From: Gammaproteobacteria bacterium
Lineage (GTDB): Bacteria > Pseudomonadota > Gammaproteobacteria > GCA-001735895
Assembly: GCA_050298595.1 (NCBI GenBank)
Contig: JBNKUM010000117.1
Location: forward strand, 1-40,168
Direction: 5' to 3'
DNA: 40,168 nt
The notes beneath the pieces were generated by a model. That model was not told the DNA's origin. It worked only from the letters and a program-made list of their open reading frames with translations, and ran no database searches. The position numbers were made by a program, and so were the translations under genes. The stretch's first letter is position 1. Each line of letters starts with the position of its first letter. This document shows, in pieces, positions 18,064 to 28,006 of this stretch.

Positions 18064-19144
18064 GGCAGAAGTAGCACAGGGATGCGCTGTTTGCGGAACC
18101 CTGGAATGAAATCCAACAGATGTCAATCCGTAAATTGTCATTGCGAGCGACAGCGTGGCAATCTAGCGGTGGTAATCGAAGCCATATACTTATCAAAGTC
18201 TGAAACCTGCAAAAAGGGACCCTGATCAAAAAATGACACCATTTTTAAGGACATAGAGATCGCCGCGCTAACGCTCGCGATGACACCGTTTTGTTCATTG
18301 CGAGCACGCAAAGAATATATATATGCTGTTTGCGGACCTGGAGTGTGAAATCCAACAGACGTCAATCCGTAAATTGTCATTGCGAGCGACAGCGTGGCAA
18401 TCTAGCGGTGGTAATCTAAGCCACATACTTATCAAAGTCTGAAACCTGCAAAAAGGGACCCTGATCAAAAAATGACACCATGTTTAAGGACGTAGAGATC
18501 GCCGCGCTAACGCTCGCGATGACACCGCTTTGTCATTACGAGCACGCAAAGAATATATATATGCTGTTTGCGGACCTGGAGCGTGAAATCCAACAGACGT
18601 CAATCTGTAAATTGTCATTGCGAGCGACAGCGTGGCAATCTAGCGGTGGTAATCTAAGCCATATACTTATCAAAGTCTGAAACCTGCAAAAAGGACCCTG
18701 ATCAAAAAATGACACCATGTTTAAGGACGTAGAGATCGCCGCGCTAACGCTCGCGATGACACCGCTTTGTCATTGCGAGCACGCAAAGAACATATATGTG
18801 CTGTTTGCGGACCTAGAGTGTGAAATCCAACAGACGTCAATCCGTAAATTGTCATTGCGAGCGACAGCGTGGCAATCTAGCGGTGGTAAACGAAGCCAAA
18901 TACCCATCAAAGTCTGAAACCTACAAAAAGGGATCCTGATCAAAAAATGACGCTATCTTTAAGGGCGTAGAGATCACCGCGCTGCTCTCGTGATGACACC
19001 GCTTTGTCATTGCGAGTACCCAAAGGGCATAAACTCCGCGCGGCAGGAGTGCTACAAGGATGTAGCGTTTACGGAGCCAAGGGATGCAATCTAAAAACAG
19101 TAGATGAGCCTCTGTAAGATCACCGCGCTGCACTCGTGATGACA
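18064..19144. repeat. Array of about four 237-239-bp tandem units built from TGTCATTGCGAG-tagged REP-like palindromes
   Basis: TGTCATTGCGAGCGACAGCGTGGCAATCT starts at 18136, 18375, 18613 and 18850. Each pairs with a downstream AGATCGCCGCGCT..CTCGCGATGACA-type copy; a final divergent pair lies at 19005..19144. Confidence 0.95.
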
Positions 19145-19152
19145 GAGACGAC

Positions 19153-20334
19153 CTACATCCTCTCCAAAATAACAGCGATCCCCTGACCCCCGCCAATACA
19201 CATAGTCACCAGCGCATAGCGCCCACTAACCCGTTGCAATTCATAAATTGCCTTAGTCGCAATAAAGGCGCCAGAGCAACCCACCGGATGACCCAATGCA
19301 ATCGCACCACCATTCGGGTTAGTTTTTTCCATATCCAGCCCCAGCCCTTTGGCGACAGCAATTGCCTGTGAAGCAAAGGCCTCGTTAGATTCAATCACAT
19401 CCATCTGATCCAGTGACAGGCCGGCTTTTTTCAACGCTAGTTTAGTCGCAGGGATCGGGCCTTCACCCATAAGCTCATTGGCTACACCGGCAACCGCATA
19501 AGATACCAGTCGTGCCAGAGGTTTCTGTCCAGCCTTGTCAGCTACTTCAGCCGAGGCCAGTACCATAAATGCGGCACCATCATTCAAACCAGAGGCATTG
19601 CCCGCTGTAACCGTACCATCTTTCTTAAATGCCGGACGCATACCAGCCAGTGATTCCACAGTCGTGCCGGGGCGGATGTGTTCATCGGTATCAAAAATTG
19701 TTTCGCCTTTTCTGGATTTGATGGTAATCGGTACGATCTGGTCTTTAAAACGGCCTTCCTGCTGGGCGTGTGCAGCTCGACGATGCGACTCTACCGCTAA
19801 GGCATCCTGCGCTTCACGTGAGATATCCCATTTCTCCGCCAGATTTTCAGCAGTAATCCCCATATGCCCAACCCCGAAAGGATCGTTCAATGCGGCTACC
19901 ATCATATCGATCATCTGGCTATCGCCCAGGCGAGTACCTGAACGTAACTGGGTCGATAGATAGCCCGAGCGCGACATCACTTCAACACCACCACCGATGC
20001 CGTATTCATAATCACCCAGCATAATGTTTTGCGCGGTAGTCACAATCGCCTGTAAGCCAGAGCTACACAAACGGTTGACTGCCATGGCAACTGACTCTAC
20101 CGGCAGGCCTGCATTAATGGACGCAACCCTTGCCACATAGGCATAACGTGAATCGGTGGGGATACAGTTACCAACCGTTACATAATTGATTTTTTCTGCA
20201 TCAACCTGAGAGCGAGCGATTGACTCACGCATGACGTCAGTGGCCAGTTCACAGGGTTCCAGAGAGCTTAGGCCCCCTCCAAAACTACCGATGGCAGAAC
20301 GTACCGCGCTTAGAATGACGACATCTTGACTCAT
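19153..20334 (-). CDS. bktB: Acetyl-CoA C-acyltransferase (beta-ketothiolase, BktB-like)
   Basis: VNRLCSSG, NEAFA, GHPVG and MCIGGGQG catalytic motifs. Start at MSQDVVIL gives 393 aa. Confidence 0.9.
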   Translation of the reverse strand: MSQDVVILSAVRSAIGSFGGGLSSLEPCELATDVMRESIARSQVDAEKINYVTVGNCIPTDSRYAYVARVASINAGLPVESVAMAVNRLCSSGLQAIVTTAQNIMLGDYEYGIGGGVEVMSRSGYLSTQLRSGTRLGDSQMIDMMVAALNDPFGVGHMGITAENLAEKWDISREAQDALAVESHRRAAHAQQEGRFKDQIVPITIKSRKGETIFDTDEHIRPGTTVESLAGMRPAFKKDGTVTAGNASGLNDGAAFMVLASAEVADKAGQKPLARLVSYAVAGVANELMGEGPIPATKLALKKAGLSLDQMDVIESNEAFASQAIAVAKGLGLDMEKTNPNGGAIALGHPVGCSGAFIATKAIYELQRVSGRYALVTMCIGGGQGIAVILERM

Positions 20335-20486
20335 TATCTTTTCCTGTTTGTATGGTTTATAAAGCTGTATCAAATCTTGGTACGGCACTATAAGCCAGCT
20401 ACCTGAATCAGGGAAACAATGTGTACAGCATTTGCATTTGATTTATCAATGCTGACTGTATCGAATATTGATAATCTCCGCTGTCT

Positions 20487-20580
20487 TCCTGCTTCGCCCT
20501 ATCACATAAATCCCTTTAGGCGTCCTGCATTGTTCTACCTTCGACCATCCATAGTCTTGTACTTACGACAATCCATGGTC
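20487..20580. repeat. Cluster of degenerate TCCTGC...ATCC mini-repeats
   Basis: TCCTGCTTCGCCCTATCACATAAATCCCTTTAGGC resembles TCCTGCTCACGCCCCTTACCTATATCCCTATAGGC at 11697..11731. Confidence 0.5.
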
Positions 20581-20705
20581 TCCAACCTTCTTTATTAAAA
20601 GTTTGAGAATGATCTTAAGCGTGATGATTTTCTTTTAAACTATGTTATAGAAAACAAAACAGGCGTAACCTTTACGCCAGATCAACACACAGGAGGACGT
20701 GGAAA

Positions 20706-21818
20706 ATGAAATCAGGTAATAATCTATTTAATTGCATGATCTTCAGCTTACTGCTTATTGCTCCGGCAGCAAGTTTTGCCAACAGCGATGCCGCTGAGAC
20801 CATCATCAAACAGGGCAGTATCGACGATGATTATTACGCGGCGGGTGGCAGCGTCATTATCGATGCAGAAGTCAATGGCGATCTCGTCGTTGCTGGGGGT
20901 GAACTCACCATAGGGCATCATATTGAGGCCGACCTGATGGCGGTAGGTGGTTCTATTATCATCCGTGGCATAATCCAGGATGACGTACGAACTGCAGGTG
21001 GAAAAATCAACATCGATGCAAAAATCGGTGACGACCTGATGGCCAGTGGAGGAGATATAGAGATCTCACCGGGAAGCAGTATTGGCGGCACAGCCCGCCT
21101 CGCGGGTGGTGATCTACTGATGGCCGGCACGGTAGGCAAAGATCTGCAAATCGCAGCAGGCAAAGTGAAAATATCAGGAGTCGTAGGCGGTAATGTCGAG
21201 ATCAAGGCCGGTGAGGTCGAGTTGCTTGAAGGCGCAAGGATTGAAGGTAATCTCCATTACACAAGCCCAAAGGAAGCGACCATACATTCTGGCGCGACCG
21301 TTTCTGGTGATATCCGTTTTGATCAAGCCGAGTGGGACGAGTCATCCGGCGGCGAAAGCTTCTTTATTGCGCTAACCCTGATAGTGGCCGCTATCATCTT
21401 CTTTCTCGCCTTCCCAGATTATTCACTGGCCTCGGTAGAACGACTTCGCACTGACCCCTTAGCTAGCCTGGGTTATGGATTCCTGACATTCATCGTCACT
21501 CCGATTATTGTTGTGGTCATGGTGAGTATCATCATAGGTATCTGGTTAGGCCTTGCGCTGATGGCGATTTATATGCTGGCATTGTTAGCGGGGATGTTAA
21601 TCAGCTGCGTGTTCGTTGGAGACTGGGGCGGCAGGGTGTTAAATAAAAACCTGTCAGGCAAACGAAACAGACTCATATCCATCGTGCTGGCAATCGTGGT
21701 TCTCACGCTGCTGGGTCAAATCCCTTTCATAGGTGGATTAATGTTTTTTGTGTTGCTGCTATCAGGGTTGGGAGCAGGAATACTTCAGTTGCGTTCGGTT
21801 TATAGAGTGGCTGGCTGA
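20706..21818 (+). CDS. Membrane protein with N-terminal bactofilin-like beta-helix repeats and C-terminal TMs
   Basis: Signal peptide, repeated GDLxxAGGxxxI units, hydrophobic C-terminal half; GGAGG RBS upstream. Confidence 0.8.
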   Translation: MKSGNNLFNCMIFSLLLIAPAASFANSDAAETIIKQGSIDDDYYAAGGSVIIDAEVNGDLVVAGGELTIGHHIEADLMAVGGSIIIRGIIQDDVRTAGGKINIDAKIGDDLMASGGDIEISPGSSIGGTARLAGGDLLMAGTVGKDLQIAAGKVKISGVVGGNVEIKAGEVELLEGARIEGNLHYTSPKEATIHSGATVSGDIRFDQAEWDESSGGESFFIALTLIVAAIIFFLAFPDYSLASVERLRTDPLASLGYGFLTFIVTPIIVVVMVSIIIGIWLGLALMAIYMLALLAGMLISCVFVGDWGGRVLNKNLSGKRNRLISIVLAIVVLTLLGQIPFIGGLMFFVLLLSGLGAGILQLRSVYRVAG

Positions 21819-21840
21819 ATGGGCGAACTTGAATGACTAT

Positions 21841-21873
21841 GGTCCGCCAGTATGCAACAGAATCTGGCGGACC
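21841..21873. terminator. Stem-loop downstream of the bactofilin-like gene
   Basis: GGTCCGCCAG-N13-CTGGCGGACC; no clear U-tract. Confidence 0.4.
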
Positions 21874-22022
21874 TGTAGTATTGATAGAAGCCGTTTTTTT
21901 AGAATCCTAAACTCGTAAACAGAATACCTGTGGTTAGATGCAGAATAAATTTTAATATGCATTTGATCCTGATAAAGCCATTTTACTTTTCCGCTGATCA
22001 ACTAAAATAAGGATGTACTAAT

Positions 22023-23081
22023 ATGCAAATCCACAATCTATTATTCATCTTCGTAGTTTCTCTTTCCATTGTCTCCTGTGATGCCAATCATGTTGATACG
22101 GGTAACAAACAAATGTATGCAAAAGCGCAACTTATAACAGATCAATATTCTGGTCAGGGAGAAAAGTTAAACGAAGTCTACAGAATATTTAAAGCGATCG
22201 AGGAATCAGGAGAAGATCTAGACCTGGCCTATATTGGATATGGAAGGTTAAGTTACAAGGCTGGATATATTAATTATGGGAATTATTCTGAAAAAGCTTT
22301 AGATCAATCCAGACATTTCTTTGATTTGGCAATATCCCTCTCTCCAAAGTCTTTCGATGCCTATTTCTATGGAGCCTATCCATATATCTTCAGTAAAGAT
22401 TTTAACAAAGCGCGAGTAATGGCTGAAAAGGCCCAATCGCTATTACCAGGATCGGGTAAGGTGGATTTGTTGTTTGCGGAAATTGCAAAAAAGGAAGGAG
22501 ATTTAGATACGGTCATCGAAAAAGCAAAGAGAGCCTTACAGAAAGATCCTGGCAGGAAAATTACAAGAGATGCCTATGCATTATTGTCGAGTGCGTATAA
22601 ACGACAAAAGAAATTCAAGCTGGCAGAGAAATCTTATCTTAAAGTAATTGAACTTGATCCAGAGTCACCCTGGGCGAAAATCAACTATAGTAACTTTCTT
22701 TGGAAATACATTAAAAATTATGATCAAGCGATTGAACAAGGAGAAAAAGCTTTAGCGTTAATGGATTTTGGTATGGGTCATAAAGTATTAAGTGATGCTT
22801 ATTATGCAAAAGCTGCTCAGCTACACTGGGATGAAAAGAAATACCAGGACTCAAAGGAATACTTTCAGAAATCGATAGAACACAACCCTGAAAATGCAAA
22901 TGCTTACTATGGTTTAGGTAGCTCCTATTATCATGTTGGTCATCAAAACAAAGATATTGAACAAATAAAAAAAGCAAAAGCTCTGTTTGAAAAAGCTCTA
23001 GAAATAGAATTAGATCATAAGCAGGCAAAAAGGGACCTTAAATCGGTGGTTAAATTAATAAAATCTATCGAAGTGAAGTAA
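22023..23081 (+). CDS. TPR-repeat lipoprotein
   Basis: Lipobox IVSC; repeated A..Y.KA.ELDP-type TPR units. Confidence 0.85.
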   Translation: MQIHNLLFIFVVSLSIVSCDANHVDTGNKQMYAKAQLITDQYSGQGEKLNEVYRIFKAIEESGEDLDLAYIGYGRLSYKAGYINYGNYSEKALDQSRHFFDLAISLSPKSFDAYFYGAYPYIFSKDFNKARVMAEKAQSLLPGSGKVDLLFAEIAKKEGDLDTVIEKAKRALQKDPGRKITRDAYALLSSAYKRQKKFKLAEKSYLKVIELDPESPWAKINYSNFLWKYIKNYDQAIEQGEKALALMDFGMGHKVLSDAYYAKAAQLHWDEKKYQDSKEYFQKSIEHNPENANAYYGLGSSYYHVGHQNKDIEQIKKAKALFEKALEIELDHKQAKRDLKSVVKLIKSIEVK

Positions 23082-23286
23082 ATATTTTCAACTAACGTTT
23101 TCATTTTCATGCAAACCAGGGCCATGCGCGCGGAAATTAAATTTGTATCTAACCATAGTTATTTGTCAATAAAGATTAAATACAGTGCAAGAAATCGATG
23201 GCATAAATGAAAGAAGTCAGAAATGAGTGGTATTTCATTATAAGAAAGAAAAAAGCAGCTACCCTGAAGTCTGGACGCAGGAGTGG

Positions 23287-24420
23287 TTACTCAAACAAAA
23301 ATACTTTGACGATGGATTCACCTGGTAGCGACTCAACCAAAGCCAGATACTTGCCGTCAGGTGAAGCCTTTAAATGAGAAATTTTGTTTTTGGTCATGTA
23401 TTCATGTGATAGCGTCATTTTGCTAAGATCAAGTTTATACACACCTGAGCTTTTGCTGCCTAACCAATAATCGCTATTATCACCTTGCGAACATGCTTCC
23501 ATATTATCTTTAATATGCCATTTTTGAGTAATCTCGAATTTATCGTTAAGCAATATAATATCGCCATTTAATAAACCGACCACAAGGCCGTGCTGAGGGA
23601 TGTTGCACCAACTGGTTATACTGTAAGGGGGATTAAAGCTATTAATAACTTCATTTGTCTTTATATTGAATAACCCGAGTTTGCGAGCAAGATAGCTATA
23701 ATAAGCTTCAGAGAAGTCAGTATCGTAACTGGCGTAAAAATTATCATCACTTCGAAAACGGATTTTGTTGACAGCATTAATGCGATTTTTAATTTCCAGA
23801 TTGGCTCTGTTTTCCAGGTCGATAGTATCCGTTCCCCATATGAGGCCTGAAGTAATCAGGTATTTATCATCCTTCGAAAAGGCGAATCCACTGGGAGCGC
23901 GGTACCGCGGGGAATCCATAATTTTTTCGGCCTGTTCGAGTAACCAGACCGCGTCACCTGAATAGAAATATTTAAAACCGGGTGAAAAGCCGCTGATCTT
24001 GTCAGCAGCCATAGAGTCTAGTTGCCTGTCTAACTTCCAGTCAGAAGTTCTCCATGCCTGTAGATAGTTCCAGGTTGAAACATAGTATTCTTTTCCAGTT
24101 TCAGATAATTCAGCGTGTGTAATCCCTGTGTCCGTAACTTTAATATGTTTAATGGGTATACCATTGTCGACATTTATTATTAAAACATTTCCAATGTTGC
24201 TAATGATCAACGAGCTTGATTCAGGCAGGAACTCAATGTGCTGATATGAATAATCCTGATGCGTGTAGACTAACTTGTATTGTGCCTCCGCAGTCTGAAC
24301 GGGACTGATTTTGAAAAATAAACTATCAGTGAAAGAGCAGCCAGTGAGCGCTATAAAGTAAAACCCAAGCGACACAATATAAACGACACGGCGTAACTGA
24401 TTGGATTTGATATGCGACAT
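23287..24420 (-). CDS. WD40-like beta-propeller lipoprotein
   Basis: Lipobox LTGC; FSKDDKYL, FSPGFKY and ASPDGKYL blade motifs. Confidence 0.75.
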   Translation of the reverse strand: MSHIKSNQLRRVVYIVSLGFYFIALTGCSFTDSLFFKISPVQTAEAQYKLVYTHQDYSYQHIEFLPESSSLIISNIGNVLIINVDNGIPIKHIKVTDTGITHAELSETGKEYYVSTWNYLQAWRTSDWKLDRQLDSMAADKISGFSPGFKYFYSGDAVWLLEQAEKIMDSPRYRAPSGFAFSKDDKYLITSGLIWGTDTIDLENRANLEIKNRINAVNKIRFRSDDNFYASYDTDFSEAYYSYLARKLGLFNIKTNEVINSFNPPYSITSWCNIPQHGLVVGLLNGDIILLNDKFEITQKWHIKDNMEACSQGDNSDYWLGSKSSGVYKLDLSKMTLSHEYMTKNKISHLKASPDGKYLALVESLPGESIVKVFLFE

Positions 24421-24623
24421 AGCTGTTTTCTCGAGTTGTTATTTCTATTTTACATTTATGTGGCCATAAAACTGGTTCGAACAGAAAGAGGGCAAGGTAA
24501 AAAAGAAAACCTGATAAGACCCTATATAGGGTCTATAGTCCCCAACAAGTTTTGTTCGACGAACCATGATTCAAATATCTATAATCGATACACTTTATAC
24601 AAAATTACAGCAATCCCCGAGCA

Positions 24624-24845
24624 CTGATCGAACAAGAACAGGCTATAAAGATAGCACGAGAGCGGGCCGCTACAAATGGCTGGGCCTTTGCCGAGCCTTT
24701 GGAAGTCGTCATACGCCGGGGTTGGCTTGGTGGCATCAATCGTTATGAGATTGAAACCAATGCTGGGAAACGAGGAACCAAAGCTCGCTTTGTGATAGAT
24801 GCAAAGACTGGAAGAATCACTTCTGAGGGGTATGTTTCTCGCTAA
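24624..24845 (+). CDS. Small PepSY-like hypothetical protein absent from the ORF track (CTG start or decayed start)
   Basis: 73-codon frame LIEQEQAIKIARERAATNGW...FVIDAKTGRITSEGYVSR; the EQAI.IA and IDAKTG pattern is PepSY-like. Confidence 0.55.
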   Translation: MIEQEQAIKIARERAATNGWAFAEPLEVVIRRGWLGGINRYEIETNAGKRGTKARFVIDAKTGRITSEGYVSR

Positions 24846-24928
24846 TCCATGGTATCAAATCGTTAAATATCTAGTTGAGGGAAGATTAATCAGGGCGATA
24901 TACAAGTGGTGATTGCTATAGTGCTGTG

Positions 24929-24983
24929 TTTCTTACACAATCCAGTCAGGGCAAAAGATAAACAAGGGCCTGTAGTTGATTGA
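24929..24983 (+). repeat. About 55-bp direct repeat, copy 1 (copy 2 at 25681..25736 contains the hsdR start)
   Basis: TTTCTTACACAATCCAGTCAGG...CAAGGGCCTGTAGTTGATTGA occurs twice. Confidence 0.9.
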
Positions 24984-25059
24984 ATCTATAACAGAGGTTC
25001 AGATCATCAACCGCCTAAGGCCAGAGATGGATTAAAAGGAACACAGGAGAATTTCTTAA

Positions 25060-25551
25060 ATGTTTTACCGTAATTATCTATATTTGGTGGGTGCCTTTAT
25101 GGTTATCTCACTCACTGCATGTACATCCAATGACCAGGCACAGATAACAGATGCGGCAATGGTACCATTCAACGACTTGAATCTGGTTAACGCCGAAATA
25201 CCTCCAGTACTTATCGGCGCATTGAAACACCCTTATGGCTTACCCTCTGATTCAGGCTGTGAAGCCCTGAGCGGAGAAATTAACGAGCTAGACTCAGTTC
25301 TAGGGGCTGATCTCGATACACCAGATAACGATGCCCATCCCAGTCTCATCGAAAGAGGCGTCGATAGAGTGAAAAGCTCAGCGGTAGGATCTATACGCGA
25401 CACTACAGAGAGTGTCATCCCATTTCGAGACTGGGTTAGAAAGCTATCAGGCGCAGAACGCTACTCAAGAAAAGTTGCTGCAGCCATAGCCGCTGGAAGC
25501 ATCAGGCGTGCATTTTTGAAAGGGGTACTGGTGTCGAAAGACTGTCGTTGA
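25060..25551 (+). CDS. Hypothetical lipoprotein
   Basis: Lipobox LTAC; GGAG RBS; 163-aa intact ORF. Confidence 0.75.
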   Translation: MFYRNYLYLVGAFMVISLTACTSNDQAQITDAAMVPFNDLNLVNAEIPPVLIGALKHPYGLPSDSGCEALSGEINELDSVLGADLDTPDNDAHPSLIERGVDRVKSSAVGSIRDTTESVIPFRDWVRKLSGAERYSRKVAAAIAAGSIRRAFLKGVLVSKDCR

Positions 25552-25728
25552 ACCATTTAACTGAAACTCAGGTGAGGAAGGCCCTGTGGTGATTGTTTAA
25601 GAGGGTGTAATGTTCCCTGGTTGGGGATCATTGCTTGTTCTGGAGTGTTTCTATAACCCTAAGTTTGCAATGAAAGGCTCTTTCTTACACAATCCAGTCA
25701 GGACAGAAAAACAACCAAGGGCCTGTAG

Positions 25729-27663
25729 TTGATTGACACCACACTTTTAGAATCCGAAACCCGAAAACAGATCGATGCCAAGCTCGAATCGGCAGGTTGG
25801 GTTATTCAGGATAAAAGTCGTCTCAATCTATTTGAGTCATTGGGTGTCGCAGTTCGCGAAATGGACACCGATACCGGCCCAGCGGATTATCTGTTATTCA
25901 TCGATGGTAAAGCCTGCGGCGTTATCGAGGCAAAGCGCGAAGGCACAGACCTAGGTGGAGTATCCGAACAATCTGCCCGTTATGCCACATCTACTGTAAA
26001 GTTTATCGAGCGCTGGGTACCTGAAGACCAGGCGCTACCTTTTCTGTATGAAGCCACCAATCACGAAATCCGCTTTCGGGATGAACGAGATCCCCATCCA
26101 CGATCACGCAATGTATTTCACTTTCACAAACCAGAAACCCTGAAAGAATGGCTGGAAGAAATTCGCACCCTGAGAACACGATTGGCACAAGATCTACCGG
26201 AGCTGAATATTGAAAACCTACGCTCGTGTCAGATAGATGCCGTCCAGGGCATTGAACACAGTCTCAAACAAGCCAAACCTCGTGCGTTACTACAAATGGC
26301 CACAGGTTCCGGCAAAACCTATACCGCCGTTACCGAAGTCTATCGTCTGGCCAAGTTCGCAAAGGTCAAACGCGTCCTGTTCCTAGTCGACCGTGGCAAC
26401 CTCGCCACCAATGCCAAGGATGAATTTGAACAATTCGTCATCCCCCATGATGGACGCAAATTCACGCAGCACTACAACGTCAATATTCTCGGTCGAGCGG
26501 GTATTCCCGATGCCACCAAGGTCACTATCTCTACCATCCAGCGCCTGTATTCCCAGCTCTCCAATCAGGAGCTGGATGACGAGGCCGACGAGCGTTCGGG
26601 TTTCGAGATGGAAAGTAACACCATGACCAAAGAGCAGAGGCCAGTGACTTACAATGCCAATACCCCCATCGAAGCATTCGATGTCATCATCATCGACGAG
26701 TGCCACCGCTCTATCTACAACCTATGGCGTCAGGTACTCGAATACTTCGATGCCTTTCTCATTGGCCTCACTGCTACACCCACCAAAAAGACCATTGGCT
26801 TTTTTGGGCAGAACCTGGTTAGTGAATACACTCACGAAGACGCCGTGGTCGACAAGGTCAATGTGGGCTACGACATCTACCGCATCAAAACCGAACTCAC
26901 CGAACAGGGCAACAAAATCGAAGCTGGCACCGCCGTCGAAATCCGCGACCGCCTCACCAAACAAAAACGCCTTGAAGTACTCGACCAGGAAGAAGAATGG
27001 CTCGCCAGACAACTCGACCGCAGCGTACTGGCCCCCAACCAGATTCGTACCGTCATCCAGGCCTATAAAGATCGCTGTCTAAAAGAGTGCTTCCCCGAAC
27101 GAAACTGGATACACAGCTCCCTCTCCCTTGAGGTAGAGGGCAGGGGTGAGGGTGAAAGCCGCATGGAATGGGTCCCCAAAACCCTCGTCTTCGCCAAAGA
27201 CGACGACCACTGCGACCGCATCGTCGATGCAGTGCGCGTAGTCTTCGATGAAGGCAATGCCTTCTGCAAAAAAATCACCTACAAAGTCGGCAAAAAAACC
27301 GCAGAAGAATCCATCAAAGCCTTCCGCACCGATCCGCAATACCGCATTGCCGTCACCGTCGATATGATCGCCACCGGTACCGACATCCGGCCCCTGGAAT
27401 GCGTCATGTTCATGCGCGATGTCAAAAGCCAGTCCTACTATGAACAAATGAAAGGTCGCGGCACCCGCATCATCAGCCGCGATGAACTGCACACAAATTC
27501 GTTGGGAACGAATTTGGTCGCACTTCAGTGCGCCTCGAAGGAGCGAGCGCGAGGGATGGCGCGAGACAAAGTCACCTATTACAATTCTGCGAAGGTCTGC
27601 TTACTGACCTCATTAAATTATCGAAATATGGGAAACTCAGATGCACGAATTAGAATCGATTAA
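25729..27663 (+). pseudogene. hsdR: Type I restriction subunit R (EcoEI/EcoAI-like), C-terminally truncated, with two in-frame repeat insertions
   Basis: PADY..IEAK nuclease motif, MATGSGKT, IIDECHRS, GLTATP and QMKGRGTR. HsdR-like sequence stops at about 27576 (KVT), far shorter than a full R subunit. Confidence 0.85.
27493..27567 (+). mobile_element. 75-bp multi-hairpin mini-element inserted in frame in hsdR
   Basis: Homologous to 32871..32945; hairpins CAAATTCGTT-GGG-AACGAATTTG and GCAC-TTCA-GTGC. Confidence 0.75.
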
Positions 27664-27988
27664 GTTGAAGCTCCGTAAATTTGCAAATGAGCGCGATTGG
27701 GATCAGTTTCACTCACCAAAGAATCTTTCAATGGCTCTAATAGCTGAAGCAGCTGAACTCATTGAGCATTTTCAGTGGCTGACAGAAGAACAGTCTCATA
27801 ATTTAAAAGACGATAAATTGAAAGAAGTAGAAGAGGAGATAGCAGATATACAAATTTATCTCATTCGTATTGCCGACAAATTAGGGATTGATCTTATTGA
27901 TGCTGCAAAGAGAAAAATTGATATCAATGAGAAAAAATATCCGGCGTTAAAAGTAAAAGGAAATGCAAAGAAATATACTGAATACTAA
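27641..27988 (+). CDS. MazG-like nucleotide pyrophosphohydrolase (dCTPase/RS21-C6-like)
   Basis: FANERDWDQFHSPKNL..EAAEL.EHFQW..EEIAD..KKYP. Confidence 0.92.
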   Translation: MHELESIKLKLRKFANERDWDQFHSPKNLSMALIAEAAELIEHFQWLTEEQSHNLKDDKLKEVEEEIADIQIYLIRIADKLGIDLIDAAKRKIDINEKKYPALKVKGNAKKYTEY

Positions 27989-28006
27989 TTAAGGAGAGCT
28001 AGTAAA

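Noticed and set aside
18064-19144. CRISPR array interpretation, and the 60-90 aa ORFs within the array
   Set aside because: Spacers are near-identical between units, the period is ~238 bp and there are no cas genes. The ORFs are repeat-derived.
21820-25700. Integron cassette array (short unrelated lipoprotein genes)
   Set aside because: Mixed orientations, no convincing paired RYYYAAC/GTTRRRY attC sites and no integrase.
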